In this document: in pieces, positions 26,389 to 32,000 of the stretch
Layout: the number at the start of each line of letters is the position of its first letter
Position numbering within the stretch: position 1 is the stretch's first letter
NCBI GenBank assembly: GCA_008080745.1
Contig: SHMX01000004.1
Span: forward strand, 90,001 to 122,000
DNA from: Candidatus Thorarchaeota archaeon
GTDB taxonomy: Archaea; Asgardarchaeota; Thorarchaeia; Thorarchaeales; Thorarchaeaceae
Direction: 5' to 3'
Length of the DNA stretch: 32,000 nt
Notes under the pieces: generated by a model
The model's database searches: none
Told to the model about the DNA's origin: nothing
Seen by the model: only the letters and a program-made list of their open reading frames with translations
Program-made: the position numbers and the translations under genes

Positions 26389-26533
26389 GATGATTCTCCT
26401 CTAAGCTCGCTATTCTCATTGAGTGTTTTCAATGATAAAAGCTCTTCGTCTTGGTACAATGCTTATTAGACAGAACCCTTTATTTTGGGTACTACAAAGG
26501 ATAACTTGTCAAATCCTCAAATAGGGAGCGACC

Positions 26534-28366
26534 ATGTGCGGCATTACTGGAATTGTCACAAAAAATAGCGAAAATATTGGCGAGTTATTAGTCAAATGCA
26601 GTAGAAAACTTACATACCGTGGTTATGATTCGGTTGGAGTTGCCGCTGTATTGAATAATGAGGTTCATCTAAGGAAGGACGTCGGGACTATTGATGATGT
26701 AGATAAGCGCTTGAAATTATCCTCGATGCTTGGTGACCGTGGTATAGCTCAGTTAAGATGGGCAACATATGGAGCTCCAACAAAAGTTAATGCTCAACCG
26801 CATTTTGGTTGCAAGCCAGTATTCTATGGGGCACATAATGGGAATATACACAATTATGCAGAATACCGTCAGGAATTAATCGATACTGGTCATATTGTGC
26901 GATCAGAAAATGATGGGGAATTGTGTGTTCATGCGGTGGATAAATACTACGAAGAAACTGGTGATATGTTCGAGGCAGTCCGTAGGTCTGTAAGTGACTT
27001 ACATGGTGCTTTTGCCTTTGCCGTTGGGAGAGCTGATGAACGTGAAATCTATTCTGTTAAGATGGGGTCCTCGCTAGTTGCGGGAGTGGGTTCTAACGAA
27101 ACTATTGTATCCAGTGATTTACCTTCGATTCTCCCAGTTACTAAACAAGTCATTTATCTCAAAGATGGCGAAATGCTTAGACTAACACCTTCTGAAGTAG
27201 AGGTATTTAGAATTGAGGATGGTAAGAAACTAAATCGCCCAATAGAAACAACAGATATTGACGAAAGAGCTGCAGAGAAGGGTGGATATCCACATTTCAT
27301 GTTGAAAGAGATTCACGAACAACCTATGGTTGCTCAAGATGTAATTGGGGTACTCGAAGGGAAGGAATGCGAAGACTGGCTGAAATTAATTGAAGAGTCA
27401 TCCAACAAATACTTGGTTGCTTGTGGTTCTTCACATAATGCGGGAATTGTTGGTACATATTACTTCAATAAGCTGGCTGGAATTCCTCTCATTCCCGCGA
27501 TTGGTGGTCAATTTTTACCAATGTACTCGAATACACTTGATGAAGATAGCTTATGCATTCTTGTTTCTCAAAGTGGCGAAACCAAAGATATAATGAATGT
27601 TTTGAATTTGGTTGAAGAAAATAATTTGGGTAAGACTTTAGGAATTGTGAATGTCATCGGTAGCACTTTGATGTTTAATGCTGATTCATACGTTCCTATG
27701 GCTTGTGGTTATGAAATTAGTGTTCCAGCCACAAAGACATATTTCTCCCAGACTATTATTTTTGCTTATCTTGCGGCAAAGCTAGGTGAGAGAAATGGCA
27801 ATTTAGATCGAGATGAAGCACGAGAAATCATTACTCATCTCAGTAAAGACTTGCCAAAATACACCCAAACCGCCATTGATCGTACTGATATTCTCGCAAA
27901 GAATCTTGCACGAACTCTTGTGGATGTTAAAGACCTCTATTGTTTAGGTTATGGGTTTACTGATGGGGTTGCTAGGGAGGGAGCTCTTAAGATCAAGGAA
28001 ATTTGTTATAACCACTGTGAAGGAATGTATTCATCCGAGTTTAAACATGGCCCACTTAGTATAGTTACAGAAGATTATCCCGTTATATTCGTAACTACCC
28101 CTGAAGACTCATGGATGGTAATCAATCATATAAACGAGGTCAAGGCTCGACATGGTCGAATCATTGTTGTAGGTGAGCGAGAAGAAAAGCTAGAAGCATA
28201 TCTTGCATCGAATATTGATTATCTTGAGGTACCAAAAGCACCTCTGCTTTTGAATCCCATTCTTGATGTGATACCTCTTCAATTACTGAGTTACTATCTA
28301 TCCGTTGACCTGGGAATAAATCCAGACCTTCCAAGAAACCTCTCTAAGACTCTGACAGTGGACTAG
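26534..28366 (+). CDS. glmS: Glutamine--fructose-6-phosphate aminotransferase (isomerizing)
   Basis: MCGITG, YRGYDSVG, RWATYG, HNGNI, HFMLKEIHEQP, SQSGET, ATKT, EFKHGP and PRNLSKTLTVD. Confidence 0.98.
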   Translation: MCGITGIVTKNSENIGELLVKCSRKLTYRGYDSVGVAAVLNNEVHLRKDVGTIDDVDKRLKLSSMLGDRGIAQLRWATYGAPTKVNAQPHFGCKPVFYGAHNGNIHNYAEYRQELIDTGHIVRSENDGELCVHAVDKYYEETGDMFEAVRRSVSDLHGAFAFAVGRADEREIYSVKMGSSLVAGVGSNETIVSSDLPSILPVTKQVIYLKDGEMLRLTPSEVEVFRIEDGKKLNRPIETTDIDERAAEKGGYPHFMLKEIHEQPMVAQDVIGVLEGKECEDWLKLIEESSNKYLVACGSSHNAGIVGTYYFNKLAGIPLIPAIGGQFLPMYSNTLDEDSLCILVSQSGETKDIMNVLNLVEENNLGKTLGIVNVIGSTLMFNADSYVPMACGYEISVPATKTYFSQTIIFAYLAAKLGERNGNLDRDEAREIITHLSKDLPKYTQTAIDRTDILAKNLARTLVDVKDLYCLGYGFTDGVAREGALKIKEICYNHCEGMYSSEFKHGPLSIVTEDYPVIFVTTPEDSWMVINHINEVKARHGRIIVVGEREEKLEAYLASNIDYLEVPKAPLLLNPILDVIPLQLLSYYLSVDLGINPDLPRNLSKTLTVD

Positions 28367-28749
28367 TCTTGGTCACCTGTTTCACCGATGCGGATAGCTC
28401 TCATCGCTGGATCTGCAACATTACCTGAGTCGAAACCCTCACGAATATTAACTATATCTTCATTGGACATTTCAAAGATTCCCAGCAGCTCATTGTGATC
28501 TGCCAGCGCCCATTGACCAAAAACTGATAACCCCTTCTCCGAGTGGCATTCAAGCAGACCTATTGTTCCTGCACTTGACCACCAACTGATACATTTCGAA
28601 TAGATATTATTCTCTGCCAATACCGCTTTCCACAATTTTTCAAGTTTTGTAGGACCGTATTTTTGTCTAAATGTAATCAGAACATTTCCATTCATTTTTG
28701 AAAGTGCTTTTACAATTTTAGTCATTTCGTCGTCTGTGAAGAGGGTCAT
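28363..28749 (-). CDS. Hypothetical protein (128 aa)
   Basis: ATG start with GGTTGA upstream; alpha/beta-like composition; no family recognised. Confidence 0.65.
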   Translation of the reverse strand: MTLFTDDEMTKIVKALSKMNGNVLITFRQKYGPTKLEKLWKAVLAENNIYSKCISWWSSAGTIGLLECHSEKGLSVFGQWALADHNELLGIFEMSNEDIVNIREGFDSGNVADPAMRAIRIGETGDQD

Positions 28750-28839
28750 ATCATCAACCTGAAAATTTCACAGTCTATTGTTAAAAGGAGCACGTTATGG
28801 ATAAAAGGAACGATTCCAGTTCTTTATTGAGGAAAAAGC

Positions 28840-29736
28840 ATGGGTGAAACTACAATTGGTCTTTTTTCATCTGATCCGTGGTCTAAGCGGGTGATATCAC
28901 TTGAGAATGCCCTCTCGAAGCTGGGTGTAGAAGTTGTACAGGTGATCCCATGGAAAGTCTCTCGTGTAGGTTCTACAAATAATCATCTCATCCATTCAGA
29001 GGGCTTCGATTTATCTACTCTCGATTTGATGTTTGTACTAGATTTAGGGGCAAATGACATTGGAGCATTTTTCAATCGTATAGGATTATTATCTGCACTT
29101 ACAGAGATGGGTGTTAGAATTATTAATTCAGTATCCTCCACTTTACTAATGCGGAATAAGTCCGAGTCTATGAGGAAACTTATCTCTGCACAATTACCTG
29201 TTCCCAAGACCTTAATCACAGAGTCAATCGAAGATGCTGCAGAATTCATCCGTGCTAACTTTCCATGTGTTCTAAAGCCAATAACCGGCTTTGGGGGTTT
29301 GGGTGTTCAGTTAATAGAACGTGAATTTGACTTGGATCATATCTATGACTACCTAAAATTTCACTCACAAATGTTTGGCAAAGGGGCCTACATACTTCAA
29401 GAGTTTATTCGAGGACCGGGCTATGATATTAGAGCGCTCGTGCTTGATACACAAGTTATAGCAACCATGCAACGAGTCAATGCTGATAGTATTGTTACAA
29501 ACATACATGCTGGGGGTACGCCCCGCTCAAATGATATTGATGTAACGGAATTGGCATTAGATGCTGCACAATGTGTTAGGGGCTCTTTTGTTGGTGTAGA
29601 TATCATACCAGATTCTGATGGGAATCTCTGGGTCTTGGAGGTTAACGCAACACCAGGATGGACGGGCATCCAGAGAGTGACTGACTTTGACATATCCGAA
29701 CGTATTGCCAAGTGGTTAATTCATCTGTCAACTTAA
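28840..29736 (+). CDS. RimK/LysX/MptN-family ATP-grasp alpha-L-glutamate ligase
   Basis: NKSES, LPVPKT, VLKPITGFGGLGV, QEFI, DIRALV, TNIHAGG and LEVNATPGW. Confidence 0.92.
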   Translation: MGETTIGLFSSDPWSKRVISLENALSKLGVEVVQVIPWKVSRVGSTNNHLIHSEGFDLSTLDLMFVLDLGANDIGAFFNRIGLLSALTEMGVRIINSVSSTLLMRNKSESMRKLISAQLPVPKTLITESIEDAAEFIRANFPCVLKPITGFGGLGVQLIEREFDLDHIYDYLKFHSQMFGKGAYILQEFIRGPGYDIRALVLDTQVIATMQRVNADSIVTNIHAGGTPRSNDIDVTELALDAAQCVRGSFVGVDIIPDSDGNLWVLEVNATPGWTGIQRVTDFDISERIAKWLIHLST

Positions 29737-29741
29737 TTCAT

Positions 29742-31382
29742 CTATTCTGGGATAGATAATCTAGTGGCTCCTATACTAAGAATAGCCAATCCGAGGATAG
29801 GAAGAACCCACATGCTTCCTAATAGTGATATTATTTGATTTGAGAAAGACACTTCCAAATATGTGGCGAGGATAAACGCTCCTATTGCTCCAATCATATT
29901 GATTGCTATTGTAATAAATGAATTCACCTTAAACGCTGCACTTTGACGATTCTCATAGGTGGGATTGATTGCGGTAATTCCAATTCCAGCCATTGTACCA
30001 CCACAGGTTGTCACAAAGACATTGATACAGACCAATATGGCTGTAACTAGTGAGAACTCCATGAGAACTGACATAACAATTGTAGGCACTAAAGAAACGG
30101 GTATCATCAATAGAATCGCCTCAGTTGTTCTGGCTCGGATAAATTTTCTCGACCCATACGGAGCTGCTTTCAGAATCCAGAGATGATCTTTTGATTCTAT
30201 AAATCCCGTTCCACCCACAGTTACTGCAGCTATCATAGCTAACATCAAGTTAATCATCATTGTAAGAATGATTACTATAATGCTCTTGTCAGGTATTTCT
30301 GAAAGAAATCCAACGTTTAAAATGAAAGGGAGTAGAACAGCAAGAAACATACCATACATCAGTCTTGATATATTCTCTGCTTTCCTTCCAAAGTCCTTTA
30401 GAGCTGTTATCAACAGCACCCCACTGGGTGTTGGCCTGATTCTTCTGATAGCTCTTAGAACAATATTTTCTTTACCAGTAGTTGTTATAGATTCTGTTCT
30501 TGGACCTGCTTCAAATTGAAATAGATATTCTGCACTCATGAGACCTCCTATTACTGAAACTAGGATGTATATTACAAACAGAGTTCCACTAATTACGCTT
30601 TTACCTTCAATTAAGGCAGTTACAGTTGTGATTAAGGGGTTTGTGGGGTTCAAACCTGAGAAGAAAAGAGTTATTGCTGTTACGACATCAGCTCCCCAGG
30701 TAGAAGGTAAAATCATAAAGACGTCCAGTCCCATGGTTGTAGCTAACTGTGGTGCAAAATACATGAGCCCATAGAGTGGTAATAGAAATAGTAGTACAAA
30801 CAGCATCCCAAATGCCTTCGCAATATCTTCCCCTTTTTCAGATTCTCCAAGCTTGGCTTGAATAGCTGTACTAAGGACAATAGATATCCAGATGGTTGTT
30901 ATTGCAATTATGAAGATTGTAAGATATACCAACAATATTCCAATCAATGTAACTTCATACACAATTAGGAATGGCGAGATTAGAATGGGTGCTAATAGAA
31001 ATGTAAGTAAAAAGTAACCAGGAACCTTTCCAAGAAATGTACCTACTAATATTTCTCTTGTCTGGACATTATGACTCAACATAATTTCCCATTGTCCAAT
31101 TTTAATCTCCTGTAGAGCATATATTATCGGATAGACAAGAAGCATCATCCAAAGTAACAGCATAACCGAACGCATCGCGCCCGGAAAAGCAATTGTGAGT
31201 AGTGCTTCGACTTCTCCTGCCATTAGATCTATTATTGATGCCTCGATTAATGGAACAATTAAGATAGCCCAAAAGATTGAAAATAAGTAGAGGACTATGA
31301 CTAAAGGTTTTCTCATACTTTGAAATTTTGAAGTTTGTACAAGAAATTCAGCCTTAGCAATTGCTCTCCAATTACTCGTCAA
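29742..31382 (-). CDS. ABC transporter permease (546 aa, about 12 TM, two-repeat type)
   Basis: Polytopic; WEIMLSHNV and LWILKAAPYG repeat motifs; directly downstream of an ABC ATPase. Confidence 0.8.
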   Translation of the reverse strand: MTSNWRAIAKAEFLVQTSKFQSMRKPLVIVLYLFSIFWAILIVPLIEASIIDLMAGEVEALLTIAFPGAMRSVMLLLWMMLLVYPIIYALQEIKIGQWEIMLSHNVQTREILVGTFLGKVPGYFLLTFLLAPILISPFLIVYEVTLIGILLVYLTIFIIAITTIWISIVLSTAIQAKLGESEKGEDIAKAFGMLFVLLFLLPLYGLMYFAPQLATTMGLDVFMILPSTWGADVVTAITLFFSGLNPTNPLITTVTALIEGKSVISGTLFVIYILVSVIGGLMSAEYLFQFEAGPRTESITTTGKENIVLRAIRRIRPTPSGVLLITALKDFGRKAENISRLMYGMFLAVLLPFILNVGFLSEIPDKSIIVIILTMMINLMLAMIAAVTVGGTGFIESKDHLWILKAAPYGSRKFIRARTTEAILLMIPVSLVPTIVMSVLMEFSLVTAILVCINVFVTTCGGTMAGIGITAINPTYENRQSAAFKVNSFITIAINMIGAIGAFILATYLEVSFSNQIISLLGSMWVLPILGLAILSIGATRLSIPE

Positions 31383-31386
31383 TCTA

Positions 31387-32000
31387 TTAGCTCCTCCAAC
31401 TTAGAAGTTTGGAACGGTCTACCTGCCCTCCAACAATTTTTAGATATGCATCTTCAAGATTCTTTGCATCCACATTTTCAACTATTTCTTGAGGTGTTCC
31501 GAGAGTGGTAAGTACCCCATTGGTTAGAATTCCAATTATGTCACAGATGTCTTCGGCAAAGTCTGTCATGTGTGTACATATGAAAAATGTGGTTTCGGTT
31601 TCCTTTGCCATAGCCCTGATTATTTCTTTGACCAGTGCACTTGCAGCAGGATCCAATCTTGATGTGGGCTCATCAAGAAAGACAAGTTGTGGGTCATGCA
31701 ATATAGTTGATGCTACCAATACCTTCTGTTTCATTCCAGAACTATAACTTTCCAACAGATCATTCTGCCTTCCTTCTAGACCTAACAGTGATAGAAGTCT
31801 ATCAATGCGTTTCATCAGTACTTCCCCAGACAAGTCATTAAGAGCCCCGATGAACTCCAAAAATTCTACAGCAGAGAGCTTTGAATAAACGCCTGGAGTT
31901 TCAGGTAACAATCCTGTAGACGCCTTAATTTGTTCTCTTTGAGTATATACGTCAAATCCGCATACTGATGCTTTACCTCGAGTGGGTTTCAGTAGGCCAG
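31387..32000 (-). CDS. ABC transporter ATP-binding protein, 5'-truncated by the window edge
   Basis: Signature YSSGMKQK, Walker B VFLDEP and H-loop CTH. The frame stays open upstream of the track start (GLLKPTRGKASVCGFD) to the window end. Confidence 0.95.
   Translation of the reverse strand, partial: GLLKPTRGKASVCGFDVYTQREQIKASTGLLPETPGVYSKLSAVEFLEFIGALNDLSGEVLMKRIDRLLSLLGLEGRQNDLLESYSSGMKQKVLVASTILHDPQLVFLDEPTSRLDPAASALVKEIIRAMAKETETTFFICTHMTDFAEDICDIIGILTNGVLTTLGTPQEIVENVDAKNLEDAYLKIVGGQVDRSKLLSWRS

Noticed and set aside
26389-26533. glmS ribozyme upstream of glmS
   Set aside because: Short AT-rich divergent promoter region without the ribozyme core sequence.
4340-31747. Overlapping or antisense ORFs in the track (e.g. 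4340-4645, 5918-6235, 9107-9541, 16514-16915, 18029-18466, 19089-19427, 24537-24863, 29421-29711)
   Set aside because: They overlap well-supported genes and have no family motifs; treated as shadow ORFs.
1-32000. CRISPR array or cas operon associated with the Cas4-like genes
   Set aside because: No repeat-spacer array and no cas1, cas2 or effector genes seen in the window.
1-32000. Mobile elements, prophage, rRNA or tRNA genes
   Set aside because: No transposase, integrase, terminal repeats with target duplications, or tRNA/rRNA signatures seen by eye; tRNAscan-SE and ISEScan would confirm.

Overview
Compact, gene-dense archaeal chromosomal segment with standard genetic code, GGTGA/GGAGG Shine-Dalgarno motifs and many TTG/GTG starts. 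Gene content (aRF1, two Roadblock/LC7 genes, CpXC, DUF99, COG3398-type wHTH) points to an Asgard archaeon, possibly Thorarchaeia; this is inference, not a database result. About 35 CDSs are present, mostly housekeeping or metabolic: aRF1, UMF1-type MFS, DedA/VTT, Ino1-like, an SCP2/FAD-oxidase/CCG Fe-S operon, DegT aminotransferase, HAD phosphatase, AlkA, dodecin, CPBP protease, S8 protease, FprA, HD hydrolase, BMP binding protein, GlmS, RimK-like ligase and ABC components. No rRNA, tRNA, CRISPR array, transposase or integrase was seen. The top candidates are: (1) a Cas4-like Fe-S nuclease divided over two adjacent ORFs, each with its own transmembrane helix (1658-2567); (2) a 217-nt intergenic structured RNA candidate (6911-7127) with nested helices and G-U pairs favouring the + strand; (3) a site-1-protease-like S8 protease; (4) an aRF1 with QIKS in place of NIKS and a probable CTG start; (5) an Ino1 homologue with altered active-site motifs; (6) a soluble gingipain-like C25 peptidase.
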